NCBI GenBank assembly: GCA_965227775.1
Contig: OZ245777.1
Span: forward strand, 3,040,001 to 3,104,000
Source: Phycisphaerales bacterium
GTDB lineage: Bacteria > Planctomycetota > Phycisphaerae > Phycisphaerales > UBA1924
Direction of reading: 5' to 3'
DNA: 64,000 nt
Part shown: positions 29,379 to 38,493 of the stretch, piece after piece
How the letters are laid out: each line of letters opens with the position of its first letter
Numbering within the stretch: the first letter of the stretch is position 1
Translations under genes and position numbers: made by a program
Notes under the pieces: generated by a model
Databases searched by the model: none
Told to the model about the DNA's origin: nothing
Seen by the model: only the letters and a program-made list of their open reading frames with translations

Positions 29379-30176
29379 TCAGTCCTGTTCCGCTTCCGCC
29401 GCCACACGCACAACGGCTTCCGCCGCGCCCTTGGCCGATGCGGGGTTCTGGCCGGTCACCAGCCTGCCATCGACGACGACGTTCTCCTCGAAGTTGCCCG
29501 CGCCCACAAAATCGGCGCCGAGCTCACGGAGGCGGGTTTCGAGCAGGAAGGGCATGGCGTCGGTGAGTTCGACTGCGTCCTCCTCGGCGTTCGTGAAACC
29601 CGTGACGCGTCGGCCCGAGACCAGCGGGTCACCCCCACGTGCTCGGAGGTTCACGAGTGCGGCAGGGCCATGGCAGACCGCCGCGACAACCCCACCACTG
29701 CGGTAGACCCCCTCGGCCGTCTCACGCACGCCAGGGCCTTCTGGGAAGTCCCACATCGTGCCGTGCCCGCCGGCGAAGAAGATGGCCTCAAAGGCGCTGG
29801 CCTTCATGCTCGTCAGCCGGGCCGTGCCGGGCACGACGAAGCCGTCGGGGCCTTCCCTGGCAAACTTGTCCAGGAAGTACTGCTCGTCTTCGTCAGGGTC
29901 GGTGAGGCTGCGGGGGTCGATCGGGGAATCGCCGCCGTTTGGGCTCGCGAGGACGACGATCCAGCCGGCGTCGTTGAACACGTGCCAGGGATGGGCCGCC
30001 TCGGCCAGGAACAGGCCGGTCGGCTCGCCCGTGTCGCCCATGTCGGCGTGGTTGGTCAGCACCAGCAGCACGGCCGGGCGGGCGTCCGTCGGGGCCAGCT
30101 TGCCACTCTGGCAGCCCGCCAGCACGAAGCCCATGCCCAGGGTGACCGCTAGCAGGACCGTCCGGATACTCGCCAT
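29379..30176 (-). CDS. DJ-1/PfpI (Hsp31-like) family lipoprotein
   Basis: Lipobox LAGC; TGLFLAEAAHP, GGHGTMWDF, AVCHGPAAL, VTGQNPAS. Confidence 0.9.
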   Translation of the reverse strand: MASIRTVLLAVTLGMGFVLAGCQSGKLAPTDARPAVLLVLTNHADMGDTGEPTGLFLAEAAHPWHVFNDAGWIVVLASPNGGDSPIDPRSLTDPDEDEQYFLDKFAREGPDGFVVPGTARLTSMKASAFEAIFFAGGHGTMWDFPEGPGVRETAEGVYRSGGVVAAVCHGPAALVNLRARGGDPLVSGRRVTGFTNAEEDAVELTDAMPFLLETRLRELGADFVGAGNFEENVVVDGRLVTGQNPASAKGAAEAVVRVAAEAEQD

Positions 30177-30307
30177 CGTGCTGCCTCCTTTGCCCCAACC
30201 ACTACCCCGAAGAGAGCGAATCTGCCGAAAGGTGAAACCGGGCCGCGCGGGCCCCCAACAATGTGCAAGGACTCGTGCGACCGGCCCGGCCGGCGGAGGG
30301 TATCGCG

Positions 30308-30535
30308 ATGGAAACGATCGTCCAGGAGATCGTGCGGGAAGGCGGGGTGTTTTGGATCGTCGGCGGGGCGATCGCGATCATCGCGATCGTGTTCGGCATC
30401 GTCGGGAGCACCGTCAAATCGGTCTCTCGCGAGAAGACCCGCCGCGAGATCGCCGCCTACATCGCCGAGGGCTCGATGACCCCCGAGCAGGGCGAGAAGC
30501 TCATGCGCGCGGCCCCGCCTGAAGACGACGACTGA
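30308..30535 (+). CDS. Small single-transmembrane protein with a SHOCT-like tail
   Basis: GGAGGG Shine-Dalgarno; one TM helix followed by REKTRREIAAYIAEGSMTPEQGEKL. Confidence 0.8.
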   Translation: METIVQEIVREGGVFWIVGGAIAIIAIVFGIVGSTVKSVSREKTRREIAAYIAEGSMTPEQGEKLMRAAPPEDDD

Positions 30536-30536
30536 G

Positions 30537-31955
30537 TCAGTCGCAGCCCGCGCCGAACGCCCCCTGGAACGCGAGGAAGTCGAAGAGCGTCAGCTCGCCG
30601 TCACCGTCGAAGTCGGCGGTGCTGTCTCTATCTTCGAAGAGATTCAGGAAGGTCAGAAAATCAAAGATGGTGAGCGCGCCGTCGGTGTCGAGGTCGATAC
30701 GTGAGAGGCAGCGGACGCAAGCCATATCGAACGAATACGCCGCGCCGCCGGGATCCTCGCTCGGCGCAACCAGCACGGCCACGTTGTCGTGGATCGCGGC
30801 CACAGAGCCGAAGCCCTTGGCACGGATCGGTCCGGCGCCACCGGGACGCATGATCGCTACCTCGTGCCAGACGCCGTCGGCATCGCGTTGGAAGAGGTGG
30901 GAGTTCTGTGGAAAGTCGTCGCGATCCACGTGGCCCACGATGACATTGTCGCCACTAATGACAATTCCGCCACCGAACAGGCCGCGCCATCTCGGCGTGC
31001 TATTTCGCAGTTCCTGACAGAGCACCCAAGAATCGTTTTCAAGCTCAAAGACGTAGGCGACGCCTTGGTTCGTAAAATCGCGAGTTGCGGCATAAGCCCC
31101 GACGACGAGTGTGTGTCCGTCGAAGGCGATGTCGTTCCCGAACTGCTCCGAATCAAACTCGCCAGTGATCCTTCTTGGCGGAAGGAGCCGCTGGGTATAC
31201 TCAAGCGAGCCGTCCGGGTTCCGCCGGTACGCCAGAACCGAGCCGTGCAGCGGTGCTCCGGATGGTGACCCGCTTGTACTGTCGCGATGGGCGCTTACGA
31301 ATGCCCACTGATCGCTGAGGTGAAGGTCCGCGTACCCAAATGAACCGCTCTCATTCACCTCGCTTGGGCGTTCGATGCTCTCGACGTACGACCAGTCGCC
31401 GGCCATCTCCCGATACCGATGCACGACGCCCCCCTGCTGGACGAGGATTGTGTCTCCCCGGAACGCCGAGACCTGCCCGAAGAAGATCGGCATGGGACCA
31501 TCGGGCGGGTAGAACCGCGTGACCTCGTTCCAGCTATCGCCGTCGAACTCGAAGACGTGCCCGTAACCCCACGCGTCGTCGATCGCACGCCGCGATGTTG
31601 AAACCACCATCCGATCGGGGTCCAGCGAGTCGAAGGCCAGCCCCGACCCGAATCCATCCAGAATCCGGATGTCGGCCGGCACGATGGTCTGCGTTGCGCG
31701 CCACCCATCGCCCTCGCGCTCGAACGCGTACACGGCTCCTGCCTGGCACGAGAACGGATCGCCGCCGCCCGGGCACAACGAGTGGGCCGCGCCATCGCCG
31801 AGCACGAGGTGTTTCTGGTTTAGGGCAAGGAGGTGGATAGCGCGGCTGGTGCCCTCCGGGCCGGTGAGGTGCTGTGGCGTGCAAGCACCCTGGGCGAGGG
31901 CGGACTGGCAGGCAGCGGCGACGAGCGTCAACGCCAGTGCATCGCGAATGAACAT
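30537..31955 (-). CDS. Secreted FG-GAP repeat (beta-propeller) protein with GC-type dockerin tail
   Basis: Signal peptide; repeated FG...GAVYAFER/GVAYVFE units; DLDTDGALTIFDFL and DFDGDGELTLFDFLAF...AGCD. Confidence 0.88.
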   Translation of the reverse strand: MFIRDALALTLVAAACQSALAQGACTPQHLTGPEGTSRAIHLLALNQKHLVLGDGAAHSLCPGGGDPFSCQAGAVYAFEREGDGWRATQTIVPADIRILDGFGSGLAFDSLDPDRMVVSTSRRAIDDAWGYGHVFEFDGDSWNEVTRFYPPDGPMPIFFGQVSAFRGDTILVQQGGVVHRYREMAGDWSYVESIERPSEVNESGSFGYADLHLSDQWAFVSAHRDSTSGSPSGAPLHGSVLAYRRNPDGSLEYTQRLLPPRRITGEFDSEQFGNDIAFDGHTLVVGAYAATRDFTNQGVAYVFELENDSWVLCQELRNSTPRWRGLFGGGIVISGDNVIVGHVDRDDFPQNSHLFQRDADGVWHEVAIMRPGGAGPIRAKGFGSVAAIHDNVAVLVAPSEDPGGAAYSFDMACVRCLSRIDLDTDGALTIFDFLTFLNLFEDRDSTADFDGDGELTLFDFLAFQGAFGAGCD

Positions 31956-32037
31956 ACGAGCATTGTGACCGATTCCATCGTCAATTGCAAGGGTTTCCGT
32001 GCTCGTGTTCATACAACCCCCTCCCCTACCATCCCCC

Positions 32038-32538
32038 ATGGCCAAGAAGCCGCGCAAGCCCAGGCCCGTCATGATCGAGAACCGCAAGGCGCGGCACGAG
32101 TATGACATCCTCGACACGCTCGAGGTCGGCATCCGCCTGACCGGCAGCGAGGTCAAGAGCGTGCGCGATGGCAAGGTGTCGCTAGGCGAGGGCTACGTGC
32201 GGGCCCAGCTCACGCCACTGGCACTTGAGCTGCACTCGGTGAACATCGCCGAATATCCACCCGCGCAGGGACACCAGCACATACCGACCCGCGTGCGCAC
32301 CCTGCTGGCCCACAAGCGCGAGATCACCAAGCTGGCCAAGGCCAGCGACGAGAAGGGCATCACCCTCATCCCCCTGCGGCTCTACTTCCAGGGCCCCTAC
32401 GCCAAGCTCGAGATCGCCCTCGCACGAGGTCGTGGAAAGGTCGACAAGCGCCACGCCATCGCCGACCGCGAGATGAAACGCGAGCTCGAGCGTTCGATGA
32501 AGAGCCGGCTGAAGGGCGGGGCGGGAGCGGTCGGCTAG
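32038..32538 (+). CDS. smpB: SsrA-binding protein SmpB
   Basis: NRKARHEY, GIRLTGSEVKSVR, RTLLAHKREI, DKR. Confidence 0.96.
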   Translation: MAKKPRKPRPVMIENRKARHEYDILDTLEVGIRLTGSEVKSVRDGKVSLGEGYVRAQLTPLALELHSVNIAEYPPAQGHQHIPTRVRTLLAHKREITKLAKASDEKGITLIPLRLYFQGPYAKLEIALARGRGKVDKRHAIADREMKRELERSMKSRLKGGAGAVG

Positions 32539-33164
32539 AACTCCGCGGCCGACAGCCACTCGCTTGGGAGCGCTTCGAGCGCCTGGGCGATCATGAGCAG
32601 GCTCTCGAGGCTCGGCAGGTGGGCGCCGCGCTCGATGCTGCTGAGCTGGCTGACGCTGACGCCCGAGGCCTCGCTCAGGTCCTTGAGCGTCCAGTCCTTA
32701 GCCGAACGCGCGAGTCGGATCTGCCGGCCGAGCGCGGCGCGGAGCTTGTCCTGTGGCCTGACGCCCAGCGAGTACTCGGCGGCCGCCTGGCCCAGCACGC
32801 GCGAGAGCTCGGCGGGCTCGAAGGGCTTGGTGACGTAGTCGAACACCTGCTTCTTGAAGGTCTGCCGCATCGAGTCCATCGTCGGGTGGCCGGTGATGAC
32901 GATGACGCACAGTCGCTCCCACCGCCGGCGGATCTCGGCGAGCACGTCCTCGCCGCGGTCCTTGCCCATGTTGATGTCCAGCAGCACGACCTCGGGCAGC
33001 TGCGCCTCGCACGCGTCGTAGAGCGCTGCGGGCGTGCCGACCACGCGTATCTCGTGCCCGCCCTCTGCCAGCAGCGTCTCGAGGTACTCGCGGAAGTCGG
33101 CGTCGTCATCAAGCGCGACGATGCTGAGGCTGGGCACGACGTCCTGCTCGATCTGGCTGACCAT
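32535..33164 (-). CDS. Response regulator: receiver domain plus C-terminal XRE helix-turn-helix
   Basis: LDDD, LLDINM, ITGH, TKPF receiver motifs; WTLKDLSEASGVSVSQLSSIERGAHLPS HTH. Confidence 0.9.
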   Translation of the reverse strand: MVSQIEQDVVPSLSIVALDDDADFREYLETLLAEGGHEIRVVGTPAALYDACEAQLPEVVLLDINMGKDRGEDVLAEIRRRWERLCVIVITGHPTMDSMRQTFKKQVFDYVTKPFEPAELSRVLGQAAAEYSLGVRPQDKLRAALGRQIRLARSAKDWTLKDLSEASGVSVSQLSSIERGAHLPSLESLLMIAQALEALPSEWLSAAEF

Positions 33165-33205
33165 GCCCAGAGGATAGGACAACGGGTAGAACGAGAGGCC
33201 GTTTG

Positions 33206-35689
33206 TTAACGCCACGCGCTCTGGGACGCATCGACCGACCAGTCCGGTCCGAAGAAGCCCGCGCCGATCACCCCGGCAAGGCCGCCATCGGGTCCGGCTT
33301 GCAGCACATCGGGCGTCATAAGCAGCCAATCGGGATAGCCCACGCCCGAGATGAAGTATTGGGACTCGTCGGCGAGTCGCCTCCCACTCGGCCCCGTACC
33401 AGCAACGACGCCTACGAGCGCCGTGTCGGTTCCGGCACGCGGATACGCGAAGAACGCCGCGACGTCGTTGCGCTCGATCGTGCGATCCCCCACTGTCGCC
33501 TCGCCGCGGCCGATGCGCACGGGTGCATCGCCGAGCAGTTGGTCCCACAGTCCGTGCGAGTCGGCACAGCCATAAAGGATCACGTTTCGCTGCGCATTGG
33601 CTTCGTCCTGCGGATCGAAGGCCGTGTCGGGCACGACGTCGACCGAGCCGTTCGCCCGGTACTGCCACGTGTCGGCGTCGTAGCGGGCCTTGGCCATGGC
33701 CCAGGCGTTCTCTTCCTCGGTACCGCCCGTGGCGTAGACGAATGCCATGTGGTTCTGGAAGGCGTGCTTGAACGGACCCGCGCGGTGGGCGCCTTTGAGA
33801 CCGGGGTCGAACGCCGAGACCGGGCGCCACGGGGCATCGAGCGTCTCGCGTTCGAAGCTCGTGGCAGTGGCGTCATCGAGCGAGAGTGTTTGTCCGTCGA
33901 TCGTCATCGCCGATGGCGGCTGGTCGGCGAAGGCCGCGGGCGTCAGCATCAGGGCGAGTACGTTCTTGGTGGTGACCTCTGCGGGCGAGTCCGCTGTCGC
34001 GCGCAAAATCTCGACTCTGCTCGGCACCATCGCATTCGCCTGCCGATGGATCGTGAATAGGCGCGCCTCGCTGCTGATGGCCGGGTTGATGGTGGTGAAG
34101 CTCTCCTGCGCCGGCGTCGGTTCGATGCTTCGATCTTCGAAGAACCGCATCATCGGCGGCCAATCGACGCACTGGTTGCCCCACCAGTGCCCGGCACCGG
34201 GCTGCTCGTAGTACGCAAAGTCGGGGTGGAACGCGCCCAGCCGCTCGCGCATGAAGCGGGCCTGGCTCACGGGCACGTTGTTGTCGGCGTCGCCGTGGAG
34301 GACGTAGACGCCCAGGTCTCGGTAGTTCTCTTCGAGCAGCAGCGTGCGGCTTGCATTGTTGGCGGTGTTGAGAATCTGGCCGATCGGGTCGGACTCGTCG
34401 AACTGGCCGGCGCCTCCGTAGCTCCAGAAGTCTCGCCAGCCCGCACTCGGCCCGATCGCCGCAAACTTCGGCGCAAAGTGGGCCCCTACCTGCCACGTGC
34501 CGTGCCCGCCCATGGAGTGGCCCGTAAGGTACGTCCGCTCGGCGCTCTCGTGTCCGTACGCATCGCTCGCGTGCGCGAGCACCTCCATCGCATCGAGCCG
34601 GCCCCAGTCTTCCCAGTCGAAACCGAACGGACGACGGTTCGTCGGGGCGACGACGATCGCCCAGTCTTTGTGGTCGTATGCGTTCGCCTGCCGGCGGGCC
34701 TCAACGCTTGCGCCGTGCAGGGTCAGGATGAGCGACTCGGGCGATGCGCCTTCGGTCGGAGGCGTGACGGCGTAGTACTGGACGCTGCCGTCGATGTCGC
34801 TGATAAAGGTCCGGCTGTGCTTGTCGGACTGTGCTCGCCGGGCAAGACTGAATACGCGCACTTCCGTTCCGCTCTGATCCAGGCCCTCCGCCACCACTTG
34901 AGCACGTATCAACTGCTCGCCATCACCACCGCCGGAGTCTGGCAACGACGTGACCCCAATCTTGCGCACGCCCAGCGGCGGCACCCCGCCCAGCCCGAGC
35001 GTCAGTGCCCGAGTCTGACGACCGCCTTCGAGTTCCGATTTGCCGCGCACACCCAACAATTGGTTTGTGGTCGCGTTCGCCGCCGGAGCCGCAAGGTAAA
35101 GTGACGCGTCGATACCCGCAATCGCATGGGGCAGCGTGTGGTCTGTGTCCAGCCACATCAGATCTGCCTCGGGCCGGCGCAGCTCAACGCGCATCCGCCC
35201 GCGCCCACCCTTGAACAGCAACTCGTTGTCACCCTCACGTAGCTCGATCGGCAAAGCCGTGATGCCCAGGTTGTAGACGTCGCCCCCACGCCGCTCGCCG
35301 TTGACGATGACGTGCCGATGACCGCGGGCGTGCAGCATGGCGATCGTCCGCTCGCTCGAGCGAATGCGCACGAACGCGTGTCCGCCCGCAAGGCCGCGGT
35401 TATTGAACGTGCCTTCTTCATTGCTCGCGATGACCCGCCACGTGGCCGCATTGCCCTGGGAATCTTCCACCGCATCACCGGCCTCGGGCGCCGACCAGGA
35501 GCCGCGAACGAGTTGCAACTCCACCGGATCGCTCACGATCAGGCTGCGCCCGCCGCGCGAGAGACGGTCCAGCACGAGGATCTCCCGCACGACCACCGAC
35601 TCGGCATCGGACGACCACTGCGTGACCGCCTGCGCGAATGTGGGCATGCAGCTGACGATGAAAGCAAGAATTGCGACGATGGCTCGCAT
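33206..35689 (-). CDS. Secreted alpha/beta-hydrolase (S9 peptidase/esterase-like)
   Basis: Signal peptide; LHGA, GHSMGG nucleophile, HGDADNNVP, GAGHWW. Confidence 0.85.
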   Translation of the reverse strand: MRAIVAILAFIVSCMPTFAQAVTQWSSDAESVVVREILVLDRLSRGGRSLIVSDPVELQLVRGSWSAPEAGDAVEDSQGNAATWRVIASNEEGTFNNRGLAGGHAFVRIRSSERTIAMLHARGHRHVIVNGERRGGDVYNLGITALPIELREGDNELLFKGGRGRMRVELRRPEADLMWLDTDHTLPHAIAGIDASLYLAAPAANATTNQLLGVRGKSELEGGRQTRALTLGLGGVPPLGVRKIGVTSLPDSGGGDGEQLIRAQVVAEGLDQSGTEVRVFSLARRAQSDKHSRTFISDIDGSVQYYAVTPPTEGASPESLILTLHGASVEARRQANAYDHKDWAIVVAPTNRRPFGFDWEDWGRLDAMEVLAHASDAYGHESAERTYLTGHSMGGHGTWQVGAHFAPKFAAIGPSAGWRDFWSYGGAGQFDESDPIGQILNTANNASRTLLLEENYRDLGVYVLHGDADNNVPVSQARFMRERLGAFHPDFAYYEQPGAGHWWGNQCVDWPPMMRFFEDRSIEPTPAQESFTTINPAISSEARLFTIHRQANAMVPSRVEILRATADSPAEVTTKNVLALMLTPAAFADQPPSAMTIDGQTLSLDDATATSFERETLDAPWRPVSAFDPGLKGAHRAGPFKHAFQNHMAFVYATGGTEEENAWAMAKARYDADTWQYRANGSVDVVPDTAFDPQDEANAQRNVILYGCADSHGLWDQLLGDAPVRIGRGEATVGDRTIERNDVAAFFAYPRAGTDTALVGVVAGTGPSGRRLADESQYFISGVGYPDWLLMTPDVLQAGPDGGLAGVIGAGFFGPDWSVDASQSAWR

Positions 35690-35721
35690 GGGCACCTCCG
35701 TGCCCCAGCGTATGGCTCGCC

Positions 35722-37017
35722 TCAGGCCAACGTATCGCCCAGCAGGGCTTCAGCGCACCGCTTGCCACTGGAGAGCGCCCCGTCGATCGAGGGATTCTCC
35801 AGCCAATCACCACAGGCGAAGAGACCATGGCCGACTTGTGCGGGCCACCTGGGCGTCTCCGCTCGCACCGTGCTCTGATCCGGGAGTGCTCGCTGGATGC
35901 GATCAACATGAATCATGCTCGCGCCGTCCATCGCGTCGCCGAACCACTTGCGGAGTTGGGGACGGCACGCGGCATCGAGCGCCGCCTCATCGCGATGCGC
36001 TGCGAGTACCGCAGGATCTACGATGTTCGCGTAGACCAGATGCTTGCCCTCTGGCGCATACTCGGGAACGACAGCGCTCATGGTGGCAAGGTGGTTGATC
36101 GGTCCTTCGCCTTCGCCATCGAGCACGAGGATTGGATCCTTCGTTGGGGGCTCGTCAACCGAATATGAGATCGTCGCGGTCGACCTCCATTGCACCCGCG
36201 GCGCTGCGAGCTCGGCATGCGGTTCCAGGAGCTCCGCAGACGCATCGCCTTCAGCAGCGATAACGACGGACCTGGCCCTCACACGATCACCGCCCGCATG
36301 CACGACCCAGGCGTCGCCCTCGCGCTCCAGGCGTTCGGCCTTGACACCAGTGCGAACCACGCCCGCGGGCAAGCCAGCCTCAATCTGCGCTGGCAATTGG
36401 CCCATGCCCTTCGCCGGCACGCACGTGCGCCCCTGGGCAAACATACGAAACACGAAGTCGAGCATGCGGCTCGAAGTCTCCAGCGACGGATCGAAGAAAA
36501 CCCCGCCAAAAAAAGGTCGGAAGAAGCGGTCGATGGTCGTGTCCGCAAAGCCCGCCTCACGCAGCGCATCGATCGAGCTGCGATTCGGTCCCGCCCAGAC
36601 TCTCTCAACCGGACCAGCGAGGTTCTTGAGCGAGTATTCGGCAAGTCGGAGTTTGTCGCGCATGGTCGCAATGGGAGTTCGGAAGCCACGCAGTGCATCG
36701 CCGGGCTTGCGCCGCGGATCGGCAACGCGGTGCATCGATCCATCATGAAACACCAGTGCACCGGGATAGAAAGACCGAAGATCGAGCGCCTCGTAGTCGA
36801 ACACCTCGGCCGCATTTGGATACGCGGTCAGCAACACCTGGAATCCACGGTCGATCAGGTACGTACCATCAGGCGTAGCGATGCGTTCGGTGCGCACACG
36901 GCCGCCGCATCTGTCCGAGGCTTCCAGCAGCACGCAATCCCGCCCGGCGGCGCGCAGCACACGGGCGCAATTCAGGCCGGCCAGGCCACCGCCAATGATC
37001 AACACATCCGTACTCAT
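35722..37017 (-). CDS. FAD-dependent oxidoreductase (amine oxidase / protoporphyrinogen oxidase-like)
   Basis: IIGGGLAGL, EASDRCGGRVRT, DRGFQVLLTAYP, CGDW..PSIDGALSSG. Confidence 0.9.
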   Translation of the reverse strand: MSTDVLIIGGGLAGLNCARVLRAAGRDCVLLEASDRCGGRVRTERIATPDGTYLIDRGFQVLLTAYPNAAEVFDYEALDLRSFYPGALVFHDGSMHRVADPRRKPGDALRGFRTPIATMRDKLRLAEYSLKNLAGPVERVWAGPNRSSIDALREAGFADTTIDRFFRPFFGGVFFDPSLETSSRMLDFVFRMFAQGRTCVPAKGMGQLPAQIEAGLPAGVVRTGVKAERLEREGDAWVVHAGGDRVRARSVVIAAEGDASAELLEPHAELAAPRVQWRSTATISYSVDEPPTKDPILVLDGEGEGPINHLATMSAVVPEYAPEGKHLVYANIVDPAVLAAHRDEAALDAACRPQLRKWFGDAMDGASMIHVDRIQRALPDQSTVRAETPRWPAQVGHGLFACGDWLENPSIDGALSSGKRCAEALLGDTLA

Positions 37018-37050
37018 ATCGCCCCTCGAGACACAGGAGTCGGCCGCGCC

Positions 37051-37503
37051 GTGCGAGTAATCGTCCAACGCGTTTGCGAAGCCAGCGTCAAGCTCCCCGG
37101 AAGGGGCGATATTAGCGGCAGGATCGGCCCCGGCCTACTGGTGCTCGTGGGCCTGCAGCAAGGTGACGATGAGGCTGCGATCGATTGGATGGCGAACAAG
37201 CTCCTGACCTTGCGAATCTTCGCAGATGACCACGGCAAGATGAACCTCCCTGTCACCGAAGTGGAGGGTGCCGGGATCTTGCTCGTACCCAACTTCACCG
37301 TCGGTTGCGATGTGGGCAAAGGCCGACGCCCGAGCTTCGACCGCGCCCTGCCCCCGGATGCAGCCTGCAGCATGTTTGAGTTGTTCGCAGAGAAATTTGC
37401 AGGGAAACAGAGCGTCCAGCTCGGCGTGTTTGGTGCCCACATGCACGTTGTGTCTTGCAACGACGGGCCGGTCACGTTCGTCATCGAGTCGCCGGCGAGT
37501 TAG
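37051..37503 (+). CDS. dtd: D-aminoacyl-tRNA deacylase
   Basis: C-terminal part of ORF 36190..37503; GTG start, RVIVQRV, LRIFAD, GKMN, KGRRPSF, FGAHM, NDGPVT. Confidence 0.93.
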   Translation: MRVIVQRVCEASVKLPGRGDISGRIGPGLLVLVGLQQGDDEAAIDWMANKLLTLRIFADDHGKMNLPVTEVEGAGILLVPNFTVGCDVGKGRRPSFDRALPPDAACSMFELFAEKFAGKQSVQLGVFGAHMHVVSCNDGPVTFVIESPAS

Positions 37504-38002
37504 ATGACAGGCCCGCAAAGAGCGACAGCATCGCTCGCCACTCCATGTATCGATATGGCACGTCTGCGGCCTCATGGAGGGTCTTGACCATTCCGTGCGC
37601 TCGCTCGGTGAGGGCCTCTTGCCACCCTTCCGCGCGAGGATCGCAGAAGTACGTTCGACAGCCCACGGGCTTGATGACGTGGACGCCGCACAGCTTCCCA
37701 AACTGGAACGGACACCCACCCCGACTCTGCGCTCGGGCCACTGCGTCTTCGGAGAATTCAGGATGCTCGGGGGCAAGTTGCGACACGCACCACGCCGCCT
37801 CGAGACCGGTGACGTAGAGCCGATGACCGTAGGACTCGAAGTTGCAGCATCGCCCCGACGCGACGCACGTTGGCGCCAACGCCGCGACCTGGTCGGCAAT
37901 CATCCCGTAGATCGCCTCGAGGCGCTGACCCACCTCCGGCCGCGCCGCGGCGGCCAGCCACGCCCGGGCATCATCATGGTCTTGTGCGTCGAACGCGCAC
38001 AT
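37481..38002 (-). CDS. YkgJ-like cysteine-cluster protein
   Basis: CVASGRCC, CPFQ..LCGVH..KPVGCRTYFC; TGATG coupling to the upstream gene. Confidence 0.8.
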   Translation of the reverse strand: MCAFDAQDHDDARAWLAAAARPEVGQRLEAIYGMIADQVAALAPTCVASGRCCNFESYGHRLYVTGLEAAWCVSQLAPEHPEFSEDAVARAQSRGGCPFQFGKLCGVHVIKPVGCRTYFCDPRAEGWQEALTERAHGMVKTLHEAADVPYRYMEWRAMLSLFAGLSSNSPATR

Positions 38003-38493
38003 CAGATAGGGCTCGAATCGCGCGTCAAACGAACCTTGCGCGCGGATCGAAGCGGCCCGGTGTTCATGCCGGGACATGTGCTGGCCGCACGATCCCATGC
38101 CCGCTCATCGATGAGATTGCGCTTCCAGAACGGCCAAGTTCGGCATTGCTTCGGCCGATCCTCGTACACGCCGCACACGGCGCGTCCGGGCACCGTTGTT
38201 CGATCCAGGAAGATGCAATCGTGCCCAAACGCCGTCAGCCGCTCGGTCAAGGTCACACCCCCATCAATCGGCCGCGTGTATTGGTCTACGAAGGCCTCTA
38301 CGCTCATATCCAAGCGAACCGCAAGCGCCGCTTGCTCTTCATCATCGAGCATGACGGTGCCCGGCGGACCCGTACAGCAGTTGCCGCACATGGTGCACGC
38401 GAACCGCAAACCGCTTTCTGAGGTACGGGTTCCGTCGCGAGAAGCCGGGCCGAACGGCGATGCTTCGAACCAGTCTCTCTGGCAGCGGCTCAT
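38002..38493 (-). CDS. YkgJ family CxxCxxCC cysteine-cluster protein
   Basis: FACTMCGNCC, DCIFL, CGVYEDRPKQCRTWPFW, CPG. Confidence 0.88.
   Translation of the reverse strand: MSRCQRDWFEASPFGPASRDGTRTSESGLRFACTMCGNCCTGPPGTVMLDDEEQAALAVRLDMSVEAFVDQYTRPIDGGVTLTERLTAFGHDCIFLDRTTVPGRAVCGVYEDRPKQCRTWPFWKRNLIDERAWDRAASTCPGMNTGPLRSARKVRLTRDSSPI

Noticed and set aside
36190..37050. Apparent long N-terminal extensions on dtd (also ruvB, murQ, rpoA and the response regulator) in the ORF track
   Set aside because: These extensions overlap neighbouring genes or spacers and better downstream starts exist, unlike the L22 extension, which has its own Shine-Dalgarno sequence and overlaps nothing
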